A stretch of DNA of 64,000 nucleotides from the human T2T-CHM13v2.0 reference genome, Homo sapiens: the NCBI RefSeq assembly GCF_009914755.1, contig NC_060947.1. One strand, 5' to 3'. This document shows positions 23,870 through 38,364 of this stretch, one piece after another. Position numbers and translations under genes: made by a program. The first letter of the stretch is position 1. Each line of letters starts with the position of its first letter. Under the pieces are notes generated by a model, which was given only the letters and a program-made list of their open reading frames with translations, had not been told where the DNA came from and ran no database searches.

Positions 23870-26800
23870 TCCATTCCTTCAAGTATTTATTATTTGAGTT
23901 ACAAACAATCCAATTATTATCTTTTAGTTATTTTTAAATGTGCAATTAAGTTATTATTAACTGTAGTCACCCTACTGGGCTATCAAATAGTAGGTTTTAT
24001 TCATTCTTTCTAACTTTCATTTTGTAACCATTAAACATCCCCATCTCCCTGCCCAGAACCCCTCCCCCCACCTACCCTTCCCAGCCTTGGATAACCATCA
24101 TTCTCTCTATGTCTGAGTTCAGTCATTCTGATTTTTAGATCCTACAAATAAGTGAGAAAATGCAATGTTTGTCTTTCTGTGCCTGGCTTATTTTGCTTGA
24201 CATAACGTTCTCCAGTTCCATCCATGTTATTGCAAACAATAGGATCTCAACTTTTTAAGGCTAAATAGCACACCATTGTGTATAAGTACCACATATCTGT
24301 CATCCATTCATCTCTCTTTTAGAAAAAACTTATTTGATTTTATTTTAATTTCTGGTACATGTGTGCAGGATGTGCATGTTTGCTACATAGGTAAAAGTGG
24401 GCCATGGTAGTTTGCTGCACCTATCAACCCATCAGTTTATTTGATTTTATTTTAAGTTCTGGTATACATGTGCAGGATGTGCAGTTTTGCTACATAGATA
24501 AAAGTATGCCATGGTGGTTTGCTGCACCTGTCAACCCGTCACCTAGGTATTAACCCCCACCTGCATTAGCTATTTATCCTGAAGGTCTTTTTCCCCACAA
24601 CCCTTCCCTCCCTGTGTTCATGTGTTCTCATTGTTAGCTTCCACTTATAAGTGAGAACATGTGGTGTTTGGTTTTCTCTTCCTGCATTAGTTTGCTGAGG
24701 ATAATGGTTTCCAGCTCCGTTTATATCCCTGCAAAGGACATGATCTCATTCCTTTTTATGACTGCATAATATTTTATGATGTATATATCCCACATTTTCT
24801 TTATCCAATCTGGTAATTGATGGGCATTTAAGTTGATTCCATGTCTTTGCTATTGTGAATAGTGCCGCAATGAACATACACATGCGTGTATCTTTATAAT
24901 ATAATGATTTATATTCTTTTGGGTATATACCCAGTAGTGGGATTGCTGGATCAAATGGTATCTCTGGTTCTAGGTCTTTGAGGGATCACCACACTGTCTT
25001 CCACAATGGTTGAGCTAATTTACATTCCCACCAAAAGTGTAAAAGCATTCCTATTTCTCCACAGCTTTGCCAGCATCTGTGGCATCTTTACTTTTTAATA
25101 ATCGCCATTCTGACTGGCATGAGATAGTATCACATTGTGATTTTGATTTGCATTTCTCTAATGATCAGTGATGTTGAGCTTTTATTCATTTGTTTCCTGG
25201 CCACATAAATATCTTCTTTTGAGCAGTGTCTGTTCATGTCCTTTGCCAACTTTTTAATCAGGATTTATTTTCTCGTAAATTTGTTTAAGTTCCTACAGAT
25301 GTGGTTTGCCAGTATTTTATTGAGGATTTCTGCATTGATGTTCATCAAGGATGTTGGCCTAAAGTTCCATTTTTTTTTTTTTTTTTTGTATCTCTGTCAT
25401 GTTTTGGTAACAGGATGATGCTGGCCTCATAAAATGAATTAGGGAGGAGTCCCCCGTTTTTAATTGTTTGGAATTGTTTCAGAATAAGTGGTAGCAGCTC
25501 CTGTTTGTACCTCTGGTAGAATTTACCTGTAAATCCGTCTGGTCCTGGGCTTTTTTTTTTTTTTGGTTGGCAAGCTATTTATTACTGCTTCGATTTCAGA
25601 ACTTGTTATTTGTCTATTCAGGGATTCAGCTTCTTCGTGGTTCTGTCTTGGGAGGGTGTATGTGTCCAGGAATTTATCCATTTCTTCAAGATTTTCTAGT
25701 GTATTTGCATAGAGGTGTTTATAGTATTTTCTAATGGTTGTTTTTATTTCTGAGGGGTCAGTGGTAATCTCCCCTTCATCATTTTTTTGTTGTCTCTGTT
25801 TGATTCTTCTCTCTTTTCTTCCTCGTTAGTTTAACTAGTAGTCTATATATTTTATTAATTCTTTCAAAAAACACCTTCTGGATACACTGATTTTTTGAAG
25901 GGTTTTTCGTCTCTATCTCCTTCAGTTCCACTCTGATCTTGGTTATTTCTTGTCTTCTGCTAGCTTTGGGGTTTGTTTGTTCTTGGTTCTCTAGTTCTTT
26001 TAGTTGTGATTTTAGTGTTTTAATTTGAAGTCTTTCTAGATTTTTGATGTGGGCATTTAGTGTATAAATTTTCCTCTTAACACTATTTTAGCTGCATCCC
26101 AGAGATTCTGGTACATTGTCTCTTTGTTCTCATTGCTTTCAAAGAACTTCTTGATTTCTACCTTAATTTCATTATTTACCCAGGAGTCACTCAGGAGCAG
26201 GTTGTTCAATTTCCATGTAGTTGTGTGGTTTTGAATGAGTTTCTTAATCTTGAGTTTTAATTTGATTGTACCCTGGTCTGAAAGACTGTTATAATTTCAT
26301 TTCTTTTGGATTTTCTGAGGACTGTTTTACTTCTAATTGTGTGAGCCATTTTAGAGTAAGTGCCGTGTGGCAGTGAGAAGAATGTATAGTATGTTGTTTT
26401 GGGGTGGAGAGTTCTGTAGATGTCTATTGGGTTCACTTCATCCAGAGCTGAGTTCAAGTCCTGAATATCCTTGTTAATGTTTTGTCTCAATGACATGCCT
26501 AATATTCACAGTGGGGTGTTAAAGCCTCCCACTATTATTGTGTAGGAGTCTAAGTCTCTTTGTATGTCTCTAAGAACTTGTTTTATGAATCTGGGTGCTC
26601 CTGTATTTGATGCATATAATTATAATAGTTAGCTCTTCTTGTTGAATTGATCCCCTTATCATTATGTAATGTCCTTCTGTGTCTTTTTTGATCTTTGTTG
26701 ATTTAAAGTCTGTTTTGTCAGAAACTAGGACTGCAACCCCTGCTTTTTTCTGCTTTCCATTTGGTTGGTAAATTTTCCTCCACCCCTTTATTTTGAGCCC

Positions 26801-29800
26801 ATATGTCATTGCATATAAGATGAGTCTCTTGAATACAGCACACTGATGGGTCTTGACCCTTTATCCAGCTTGCCATTCTGTGTCTTTTAATTGAGGCATT
26901 TAGTCCATTCACATTTAAGGTTAATATTGTTATGTGTGAATTTGATCCTGACCTGATGACGCTAGCTGGTTATCATGCAGACTTGTTGATGTAGTTGCTT
27001 CATAGTATCATTGGTCTTTGTACTTCAGCATGTTTTTGAAGTGGGTGGTAATGGTTTTTCCTTTCTGTATTTAGTGATTTTTTCAGTAGCTCTTGCAAGG
27101 CAGGCCTGGTGGTGACAAATTTCCTCAGCATTTTCTTTTCTGAAAAGGATTTTATTTCTCCTTCAATTATGAAGTTAGTGTGGCTGGATATAAAATTCTG
27201 GGTTGAAAATTCTTCTTTTTTTTTAAAGAATGTTGGATATTGGCCCCCAATTTCTTCTGGCTTGTAGGGTTCTGCTCTGTTAGTCTGATGGGCTTCCCTT
27301 TGTCGGTGACCTGGCCTTTCTCTCTGGCTGTTCTTAACATTTTTTCCTTCATTTTGACCTTGGAAAATCTGATGATTATGTGTCTTGGGGTTGATCTTCT
27401 CATGGAGTATCTTACTGGGCTTCTATGAATTTCCTGGATTTGAATGTTGGCCTGTCTTGCTTTGTTAGGAAAGTTCTACTGGATGATATCCTGAAGTGTG
27501 TTTTTCAGCTTGGTTCCATTCTCCCTGTCTCCTTCAGGTACCTCAATTAGTCATAGGTTTGGTCTTTTTACATAACCCATAGTTCTCAGAGTTTTTGTTC
27601 ATCCCTTTTTATTCTTTTTTCTCTAATCTTGTCTGCCGGTGTTATTTCAGCAAGATAGTCTTCAAGCTTTGAAATTTTTCTCTCTGCTTGGTCTATTCAG
27701 TTATTGATACTCGTAGTTGCATTGTGAAGTTCTCGTGTTGTGTTTTGGTCATTCATGTTCCTTTCTAAACTGGTCATTCTGGTTAACAGCTCCTGTAATG
27801 TTTTATCATGGTTCTTAGCTTCTTTGCATTGGGTTAGAACATGCTCTTTTAGCTCAGCAAAATTTGTTGTTACCCACCTTCTAAAGCCTACTTCTGCCAA
27901 TTCATCCATCTCGGCCTCTGCTCAGTTCTGTGCCCTTGCTGGATAGGTGTTGCTATAATTTTCAGAAGAAGCACTTTGGCTTCTTGAGTTTTCACTGTTT
28001 GTTGTTGTTGTTGTTGTTGATTCTTTCTCATCTTTGCAAGTTTGTCTATCTTTGATCTTGGAGGCTGCTGGCCTTTGGATGGAGTTTTTGTGGGGACTTT
28101 TGTGTTGATGCTGCTGTTGTTGCTTTCTGTTTGTTTGTTTTTTTAACCGGCCCCTTTTGTGTTGGACTGCTGTGATTTTCTGGTGGTCCACTTCAGATCC
28201 TATTTGCCTGGTCTCTTCCACACCTGGAGGTGTCACCAGTGGAGGCTGCAGAGCTGCAAAGATGGCTGAATGCTCCTTCTTCTGGGATCTCTTTCCCAGA
28301 GGGGCACCGACCTGATGCTGGCATGAACACTCCTGTAAAAGGTATCTGGTGATGACCCCTGTTGGGGGTTCTTACCCAGTCAGGAGGCAAGAGATCTGGG
28401 ACCCACTTAAGGAAGCACTCTGGCTGCCCCTTGGTTGAGGTGGTGTGCTGCACTGGGGAAAATCCCACTGGTCCAAGCTGCCTGGATTCCTCAGAGCCAG
28501 CAGGGGGAAAGACTAAGTCTGCTGATCCACAGAGACATCGCCACCCCTGACCCCAGGGACTCAGTCACAGGGAGATCAGAGTTCTGTTTCTAAATTCCTG
28601 GCTGGAGTTGCTAAAATTTTTACATGGAGGTCCCACCCAGTGAGGAAGGATGGGTCAGGGTCCAGCCTAAAGAGGCAGTCTGGCCACAATCTGCCACAGC
28701 CACTGTGCTGTGCTGTGGGGAATTTTTCCTGGATTCAAACTGTCTAGTTTCCCTGGCACCAACGGGGGAAAATTGGCAGACTGGAGCTTCAGTGATGGCT
28801 GCCTCCCCCTTCGCTGGGAGCTTGGTCATCTTAGGCAGCAGGCAGCTGCAGTGATTTTGGCCTCCCCTCCCCCGGGTAACATCATTGACTTAGGCAGTCT
28901 CTAACCAAGTGGCCTCTGTGAATCTGTGTAACTCTGTTCTTGGGACCCAATACCCTGGTGGTGTGGGCTTACAGGAGGAATCTCCTGATCCATGGGTTGC
29001 ACAAATCAGTGGAAATAGCATGGTTTCCCCGGCAGGGTAGCACAATAACTCACCACCTCTTTTGGCTGGAGGTGGGAGTTCCCCTTGCTCCATGTGTCTC
29101 CCAGGTGGGCCATCACATCACCCTGCTATTCTTCACTCTCCATGGGTCTCACCAGCCACCCAGTCAGTCCCAATGAGAGAACCTGGATACCTCAGTTTGC
29201 AGTACAGGATTCACTGGCTTTTTCACTCTTTTCAATGGAAGCCTCTGACTGCAGCTGTTTCTATTCAGCCATCTTGGCCCCTCCCCCATTCATCTCTTGA
29301 TGGACATTTAGGTTGCTTCCAAATCTTAGTTATTTTAAACAGTGCTGCAAGGAGCATGAGAGTGCAGATATCTCTTTGATATAATGATGTCCTGTTTTGG
29401 GGTATATATTCAGCAGTGGGATTGCTGGATCCTCTGGTAGCTGTATTTTTAGTTCTTTTGAGGATCATCCAAACTGCTTTCCATAGATTTTACTTATTTA
29501 TATCCCCAACAGCAGTGTATGATGCTTTCCTTTTCTCCACATCTTCACCAGCATTTGTTATTTCATGTCTCCTGGATAGAAGCCATTTTAACTGGGGTGA
29601 GATGATATCTCATTGCAGTTTTGATTTACATTTCTGTTATGATCAGTGATGTTGCACATGTTTTTATATGCCTGTTTGCCATTTGTATGTCTTCTTCTAA
29701 GACATTTCTTTTCACACCTTTTGCCCATTTTTGGATCAGATTATTATATTTTTTCCCATAAAGTTGTTTGAGCTCCTCATATGTTCTGGTTATTAATCCC

Positions 29801-32800
29801 TTATCAGATGGGTAGTTGGCAAATATTTTCTTCCATTATGTGGGTTGTCTCTTCATTTTGTTGACTGTATTCTTTACTGTGCAAAAGTTTTTAACTTGAT
29901 GTGATTCTATTTGTCAATTATTGCTTTGATTGCTTGTGCTTCTGGGGTAATACTCAAGAAATTTTTGCCCAGATCAATGACCTGGATACTTCTCCTGATG
30001 TTTTCTTGTAAAATTTTCATAGTTTGAGGTCTTAGGTTTAAGTATTTAGCCTATTTTAATTTGATTTTCATATATGGTAAGAGATAAGGGTCTACTTTCA
30101 TTCTTCTGCCTATGGATATCCAGGTTTCCCAACACCATTTATTGAAGAGACTGTCTTTTTCCGAGTGTATATCCTTGGAAACTTTGCAGAAAATGAATTC
30201 ACTGTAGGTGTGTGGATTTGTTTCTGGGTTCTCTATTTTGTTCCATTGGTCCATGTGTCTGGTTTTATGCCAGTACCATGTTGTTTTGGTTATTATAGTT
30301 ATGTAGTATAATTGGATGTCAGGCAATGTGATTCCTCCAGTTTTGTTCTTGTTTAGCATAGCTGTGGCTATTCTGGGTCTTTTGTGTTTCCATATAAATT
30401 TTAGGATTCATTTTTCTATTTCTGTGAAGATTATCTCTGGTATTCTGATAGAGATTGCATTGAATTTGTAGATTGGTTTGGGTAACATAGACATTTCAAC
30501 AATATTAATTCTTCTATCCATGAACATGATTTTTTTTTCATTTTTCAATTTTCTTTTTAATTTCTTTATTGACCTACCCATTATTCAGTGGTATATTATT
30601 TATCTTCCATGTATTTGTCTACTTTACAAAATTCCTTTCATTACTAATTTCTAGCTTTATTTCATTGTGGGCAGAAAAGATGCTTGATATTCTTTTAATT
30701 TTTTGAATGTTTTAAGACTTATTTTGTGACCTAACCTATGGTCTATCCTTGTGAATGATCCATGTGCAGAGGAAGCAAATGTGTGTTCTCTAGTCATTGG
30801 ATGAAAGGTTCTGTATATATGTATTAGATCCATTTGGTCTGCAGTGCAGATTATATCTGAAGTTTCTTTCTTAATTTTTGTCTAGAAGATCTGTCCAATG
30901 CTAAAAGTGGCTTATTGAAGTCTCCAGCTATTATTGTACTGGGGCCTATCTCTCTTATTAGCTCTAATAATATTTGTGTTGTATATCTGGGAACTCCAAT
31001 GTTTGGTGCATATATGTTTACACTTGTGATATCCTCTTGCAGAATTGACCCTGTTATTATTATTTAGTGACCTTATTTGTCTCTTCTTATACTTTTTGTC
31101 TTGAGATCTGTTTTGTTTGATTAAGTATAGCAACTCTTGCTTTTTTGGGTTTCCATTGACATAGAATATCTTTTTCCATCTCTTTAGTTTCAATCAATAT
31201 GTGTCTTTATTAGTGAAATGTGTTTCTTATAGGCTGCAGATCAACGGATCTTGTCGTTTTATCCATTCAGCCTGTCTATGTCTTTTCATTGCAGAATTTA
31301 GTACATTTACTTTCAATGTTTTTATTGATAAGTAAGAACTTAGTCCTACCATTTTGTTTTTGTTTTCTGATTGTTTTGTTGTCTTCCCATCCTTCTTTCA
31401 TTTTTTCCTGTCTTTAGTGAAGGTGATTTTTTCTTGTGATATGATTTAGTTTCTTGCTTTTCATTTTTTGTGTGTACACTGTACATTTTTTTATTTGAGG
31501 TTACCATGAGGCTTGCAAGTACTGTTGTATAACCCATCATTTTAACCTGATAACAACTTAACACTATTTGCATAAACAGACAAGCAAAGAGAAAGCAAAT
31601 CAATCTCTATACCTTACCTTCATAACCCAGTTTTTAATCATTTTGTTCTTTTCTATTTATATTAGTTTTTACTGACTAAGTCTTGATAAGCTCTTGTAGT
31701 TACTATTATTGATTGGTTCATCATCTAGTCTTTCTACTTGAGATAAAAGCAGTTTATATACCACAGTTACAGTGTTATAATATTTTATGTTTTTCTGCAT
31801 ACTTTCTATTACCAGTAAGTTTTGTACCTTCAGGTGATTACTTATTGCTCATTCATTTTTTTTTTAACTTTCTGATTAAAGTACTCCCTTCAGCATTTCT
31901 TGTAAGACAGGTCTGGTGTTGATGAACTCTCTCAGCATTTGTTTATCTGGGAAAGCTGTTATTTCTTATTCATATGTGAAGGATATTTTTGCTGAATATA
32001 CTATTCCAGGGTAAAAGGCTTGTTTTGTTTTGTTTTATTTTATAGCGCTTTAAATAGTTCATGCCACTTTCTCCTGTACTGTAAAGTTTCCACTAAAAAG
32101 TCCACTGCCAGACATACTGAAGATGCATTTTATTTTTTTCTTTTCTCTAGCTGATTTTAGGATCCTTTCTTTATCCTTGACCTTTGGGAGTTTCATTATT
32201 AAATGCCTTGAGGTAGTCTTCTTTGGATTAAATCTGCTGGGTGTTCTATGACCTTTTGTTACTTGGATATTTATATATTTCTTTATGCTTAGAAAGTGAT
32301 CTGTTATTATTTCTTTAAATAGACATTCTATCCCTATCTATTTTCCTACCTCCTCTTTAAATCTAACAACTCAGATTTGCCATTTTGAGGCTATTTCCTA
32401 GATTTGATAGTGGTGTTTCATAGTATTTTATTCTTTTTTATTTTGTCTCCTCTGTATTTTCAAATAGCCTGTCTTAAAGCTCACTAATTCTTTCTTCTGT
32501 TTGATCAATTATGCTATTAAAGGACTCTGATGCATTTTTCAGTAAGTTGTGTTTTCTTGGATGGTGTTAACGCTAGTAGCTGTTCTTTCATGTCTGGGAA
32601 TCAGAGTTAGATATGCATTGTAGCCTTCAGGGTCTCAACTTGTTTGTAGCTGTCCTTCTTGGGAAGACTTTCCAGATATTTGGAAGGACTTGTGTGCTGT
32701 GATCTAAGCTGTATCTGCTTTAGGGGGCACCCCAAGCCTTGTAATAATGTGTTTCTTTCAGAGTCATAGAGGTACTGCCTTGATGGTCTTGGACAAGATC

Positions 32801-34478
32801 CAGGAGATTTCTCTGCATTACCAGAGAGACAATATTGTTCTCTTCCCTTACTTTCTCCCAAGCAAACAGTTTGCCTCTCTGTTCTGGGCCACCGAAAGGT
32901 GGGGGTGGAAATGACACACGCACCCCTGTGTCCACCATTATTATGACTGCACTGGGTCAGACACAAAGCCAGCAAAGCACTGGCTTTCACCCAAGGCCTG
33001 CTCTAACCACTCACTGGCTACTACCTATGTTTGCTTAAGGCCCTGGGGCTCTACAGTCTGCAGGTTGCAAAGCCAGCCAGGCCTATGTCCTTCCCTTCAG
33101 GTCATCAAGGCCTCTCAGACCCTAGGTGGTCCAGAGGTTTTGTCCAGGAATCAGGGAAGAGAGTAAAAAACCTTAGAAGTCTTTCTAGTGTTCTATTGTA
33201 CTCTGGCCAAGCTGGTACTCAATCAACAAAAAGCAGTTCTTCCCACTCTCTCCTCTCCTTTCTAAAGGCAGAGGAACCTCACTCCATAGCTGCTGCCACC
33301 CCAGGCCATGAGGAGTATGACAGACTACTGGAGATATTCTCTTAAGTTCCAAGCACTCTTAAAAGTCAGCTTGTGGTAAATGTTGCTTGGCCTGGAACTC
33401 ACTCTTCAGGGAAGTGGGCTCCTTTCTGTCCCAGGGCAGGTTCAGAAATGCAGCCCAAGAATCGAGTCCTAGAATCAGGGGACCCAAGAACCTACTTGGT
33501 GCTTTACCCCTCTGTGGCCATGCTGGTACCTAAGGTGCAAGACAAAGTCACCTATATTTTTTTCTTTGCATGTTTCAAGGAAAAGGAGTCTTGCCCTGTA
33601 GGCACCACAGCTGGTGAAGTGCTGAGTCTCACTTAATCCAGCATGTCTCTGAAGCTCATCAGAGGCCCTCGACACAGTGCCTGGATATCACTGCTGGTTA
33701 GTCAGGGCCCAAGGTCCCTTCAATTAGCAGGTGATGAATGCTGCCATGGCTGGGTTCTTTCCTTCAAGGCAGCAGGTTCCATTATGGCCCAGAGTGTGTC
33801 TAGAAATTTCATCCATGTGATATGGCTTGGAATGGGGGCCTTGTGACTCTGACTGGTGCCCTATCTTTCTGAGCCTGTGCTGGTATCCAAGATGCAAGAT
33901 AATGTCCTCCCCACTCTTCCTTCTTCTCTCCTTAAGAGGAAGGAGGAGGTCTCTTTTGGAGCTACAAGTTGTACAGCCTGGTGTTGTGGGGGGTGATGCC
34001 AGCACTTCCATAGCCACACCAGCTGGTGTCTCGGTAGGTCGTATGCACAAGCCCTCCCCACCACCCCTGGTCCCCCACAACCAAGTCCACTGTCTGGGCC
34101 TAGCTCAGCACTAGGACTCACCTAAGAGTTGCAGTTCTTATGGCATAGACTATCTTTCACATTTACTTAGAGATAGAGCAATTTGACTCTCCGTGGAGAG
34201 GCTTGTGGGAACTCAAGATCTGGTGACTGGGATCAGTGATTCCCCTCTGGCTTGGGCTGGTTTAAATGCTCCTTCTGTGGGTGGGCATCAGCTGAGTTTG
34301 GTTCTGTTTTCCTTTCTGCTCTAACAGGACAGCACTAAGTTTAATGCCTCACAATAGCTGTTCTTCCCCTCCCCTAGTGCCCAGAGAAGCTCTCTTCACC
34401 ACATAGCTGCTGCCGGGGCTATTGGAGAGTGTGGGGGAATGATAGGTGGAGGCTTCTATTCCAGCATCTTGCTCTGCA
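23870..34478 (-). mobile_element. Near full-length L1MA2/3-type LINE (segments 23870-24315 and 29298-34478), internally deleted and split by a younger L1
   Basis: 3'UTR gagttacaaacaatccaatta...tagatcctacaaataagtgag. ORF2 fragments ([14 protein letters not shown]; WKKIFYVNGNPKK). L1M1-type 5'UTR ending ctattccagcatcttgctc. Confidence 0.9.
24316..29285 (-). mobile_element. L1PA8A-L1PA11-type LINE with intact ends and an internal ORF2 deletion
   Basis: EN fragment GWRKIYQPNGKQKKAGVAVLVSDKTDFK; ORF1p RRSTPRHIIIRFSKV; 5' end ccatcttggccc. 12-bp TSD ccattcatctct at 24304-24315 and 29286-29297. Confidence 0.95.
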
Positions 34479-34689
34479 TATCCAAGTAAATAATAAATTA
34501 AGGATTTTTCTCCTTTTCCTTCCTCCCTTATTTTCCCTCCCGTGGGTGACATTCATTATAGTTGTGTGTCTTACGTGATTCTGATATCAGAGAAGAAACA
34601 CATGTCATCTGCTTGCTGTTTTTTGTTTTTTTGTTTTGACATAGCACATTCCTTCCTACTGTATGGTTTCTCCCGACAAAGACCTTCCT

Positions 34690-35268
34690 CTGTGGTTTAC
34701 TCCTACAAACACTGAATTAGTGAATATTGAGCCTCTGCTCTTATGGGAAATAGAGAGTCAGATAGATATACTCATACACATGCACATACACACACCTATG
34801 TCTCACATAGATTATAATCTTAAATCCTAAAGCCAACTCATCCTGATTTGCTTCATTTTCTTTACAGTAACTTACTAAAGAGAACAAATGAGGTTTAAAA
34901 GTGATAAGTGTCTCACTGATGGCCACCCCACTAAGCAAAGTCAGAGCTGGGGTTGAAGCCTTGTCTAACTGACCCCAGGGCAGGAGTTTCTTGTACTACA
35001 CTGACTGTCCACTACCCTTTACTGTTGCATCCACTGTTCCATCCTCTGGTTACCTTAGTATGAAAGCTTAAGCAAGAATCCAGTGCATAACCTTGTTTGT
35101 TGTCACCTGAGAACATAAGAGTCAAGTGACAAATTTTTAATACTCTATGCATGTACATGAACGACAAGAAAAACTCTCCAAATATTGATTTTGGGGTTAC
35201 AAATAAATTTTAACAAGTAGGCAAATTTGCAAATACAGTGGAATCCACAAACAATGAAGATCCACTTT
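34690..35268 (-). mobile_element. MER82-like TcMar-Tigger MITE containing a MIR-like block
   Basis: aacactgaattagtgaatattgagcc and attgattttggggttacaaataaattttaacaagtaggcaaatttgcaaatac...gatccac resemble the MER82 ends. Confidence 0.6.
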
Positions 35269-35537
35269 ATCTTCATTGCTATGGTTTCCAGGTTATTTTG
35301 GAACTCAAATGCAAAAATTTAATTCTTTGTACTTATTGGGCCAATTTGTGACCTCCACTAGTCCTAGAAATGTCACACTCTGGATCTAGTTGGTGAATAT
35401 TAACTACTGTAACTTGAGAGGTTAAGAGTCAAAAGCTTTCCTTTGTTCAAAAACACGAATAACTTTTTACTTGGTTTTCCCTGTGTTAAATGTGAGCACT
35501 GAATTAGGTGACATTTGAGATTTTTTTCTAGAATTGT

Positions 35538-36027
35538 TGTGTTAGTTTCCTATGACTACTTTAACAAATTACCACAAACTTGAAGCTTAAAACAGCAGAA
35601 TGTATTATCTCACAGAAGTCTGAAATCATTATCACTGGTCCCAAATCAAGGTGTTGTCAAGACCACACTACCTCTGCAGGCTCTAGGAGGTCATTCATTC
35701 CCTGTCTCTTCCAATCTCTAACGGCTAACAACAGTCCCTGAGTTGTGGACACATTACTCCAATCCTCAGTATCAACATCTTTAAATATCTGTTTCATCTT
35801 CACGTTGCCTTCTTTTCTGTGCATTTGTTAAATCTCCTTCAGTTTCTTTTTTTATGATACATGTAATTCCATTTAAGGTCCACTTGAATAATGCAGGATA
35901 ATCTGCCCATCTCGAGATCTTTAACTTAATCACATCTTCAAAGAACCTTTGCCTTGTAAAGAAACATTTACAGGTTCCAAGGATTACAACCTGATATTTT
36001 TGGGCAGCCATTATTCATCCAACTACA
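35538..36027 (-). mobile_element. MLT1C-like solo LTR
   Basis: tgtgttagtttcctatg...taacaaattaccacaaact...attcatccaactaca. TSD attgt/atagt. Confidence 0.85.
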
Positions 36028-38364
36028 ATAGTCCACCATGAATCTTATGTCTCTCCACGAAATAAAAAATCAGGACCTAGAAACCAATAGAGAGCACGTA
36101 GCCTATGGTGCTTGTATACGTATTTATATTTCATACGCCACCAGGCTTGGTCTTTATCCAAAGTTATGGAGCTTTATCTAAGTGGGTTATGGTCATTCAA
36201 AGTAACATGAGAGAATGTTTCAGATAAGATGTATTGTGCAATATGGCTGTGCTTTTGTCAACAAGCTGATTAGCATCCAAGTCTTCCTCCTAGGAGGGCC
36301 TAAAATACGCAACTCCTCTAGAAGCATCTGACGATGAGTTTGTACCTGCTAAAATTTCCTCAGGGCAAATGGTGTAGGTAAGTTATATAATTTCTCTGTC
36401 CCTCACAATGGCTAAAGTGAAGTCTGTAGTGACATATTAACAAATTAATTGGTCAGAGACCTGATACTACACAGGCTAACATTAGTCTTATAGATATTTA
36501 CTATTCAAAAAAGTTAAAATAAACTTAAATGAACAGAATAATTTTGGAAATCTTCTCCCCTCCTGCCATGCGGGATTTATCACTTCAAGGCAGGGTAACC
36601 TTGAATAGTCAGACACTTACAAAATGGCTTGCTGGTCTTCCCTAGAATTTCCACACCCACATAAAAGATAGGCTTCCTTTTTAATGATTAACAAACTTTT
36701 TTTATGTGGAGGTGATATTTACCACATAAGAACTGTGGTTTTGGTAATTCTGGAGAATCATTGGTTTGTCTCATCCTTTTGAATTCTTGTGTTGGATGAT
36801 TTGTGGCCCAGTTGGAAGAGATGAAATTACAGGACTAAATAAGAGTAATTTTGCCCCAGTAGAGTATTGATTTCATTGTTGCTTTTTCCTGCAAACCTGA
36901 ACAATATTCTGGTTGTCTATTTATCTGATTTAGCCACAAACATTGAAGTTAAGTGACTGAACAAATAAGATGAACTCTTTGTCTTTCTAGCTATTATGTA
37001 CATATACCCTTTTTACTTGTATACTGGAATCTCTATAAATTCAGCCCTGGTTACCACTGCTAGCCAAAGCTCGAAAGGGAATTTTGTGTCCAGTTAAATA
37101 ATAGATTGGACAATTTCTATAAGATTATTTGTCATTTTCTGTGTTAAGCATTAGTAAAAGCTAAGGTTATAATGTTAAGGTTGACATCAGGAATGGTGCT
37201 CAGTGGGGAAATAAGGAGTTAGGTCCCACCTTTTGTTATTGTTGTTTGCTTTGTTTTTTAGGCTTTTTAAAAAAAATTTACTTGGGATAACATTTCTGCA
37301 TTTTAAAATACATAGGTAGTTAAGACAAAAGAGATATTTGGTGCTGGGATGAGCTAACTCTTGTGAATTTTGCCTTACTTAGGTTGTGTTTTTTTGGGGC
37401 TTTTGTAAAATTGGAGGAATAATATTCTTAGAAATATCTAACGATATACTTTTGATTCTTAATAATGTTACTCATTGAACTGTAATTTAGTAATATTACT
37501 TCTGAAGTATGAGAGGATGTATTCAGGCTTTTTCATCCAATATTTTGACTTTCGCTTTTAGAGAATGAATCAACAAGTCCTCTGGATACAATATATTATC
37601 TGCTACCTTTAGCCACAGAATTTGAAATTAAGCTTGAGAGAACAGAGTTGTCAAACTGACAGCAGACAAGCATGCCTTCCAAAAAAATAATACTGCAGAA
37701 TACATAAGAGTGTATCTTCTTATATGCCTGAAGAAACTAAATGTACAAAATGGTCAAAACGTCTAATGACTTCAGATCAAAACTCTGTCTATATTATAAG
37801 CTAATAGGCCCTGCTCCTACTCTGATATTTACTTGCCAAAGCCTCTCATTTTTTGGGTTCCAGTTTGACCTTAAATAAAGTGTTGGTGTTACACCACATG
37901 ATATCAAATTTTTCTTTAATTACAAAAGTTGATTTAATGAAACACAAACATGTTGCAGCAGGCTGGAGACTGATAGTTAAAATGAAATATGAAACAATAA
38001 ATGCTCGATCTTGCCCATGGGTCCAAAAAGCAAACCACGTACCCAAAGAATGTGGGAGACACAGGTTAATATTGATGAATAGAGTTGATGGGTAGAAGTT
38101 TTAGGGTGACAAAAATCATAAGGGGTCACTATATTGTTTAGCCACTGAAGTAGTTAATTAAATACTTCTTTGGATATATCACTCCTGAAGTTTGTAACCT
38201 CGACTGAGAGAGATGGCAGTTCCAGCTCCATTGCAGTGGTATGACCATGTAGGGTTGAGAATAGGCATCTGAATGTTGAATAAACATATAAATATCTCGT
38301 GAAGACTGAATGAAGAAGTTGAATGTGGTGCCTCTGGGAGAACACAAATTCTGCCTTCAAATAT

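Noticed and set aside
25290-25310. L1 internal deletions as spliced retrocopies (also 55630)
   Set aside because: Recalled consensus shows no GT donor at the junctions; microhomology or A-runs explain them better.
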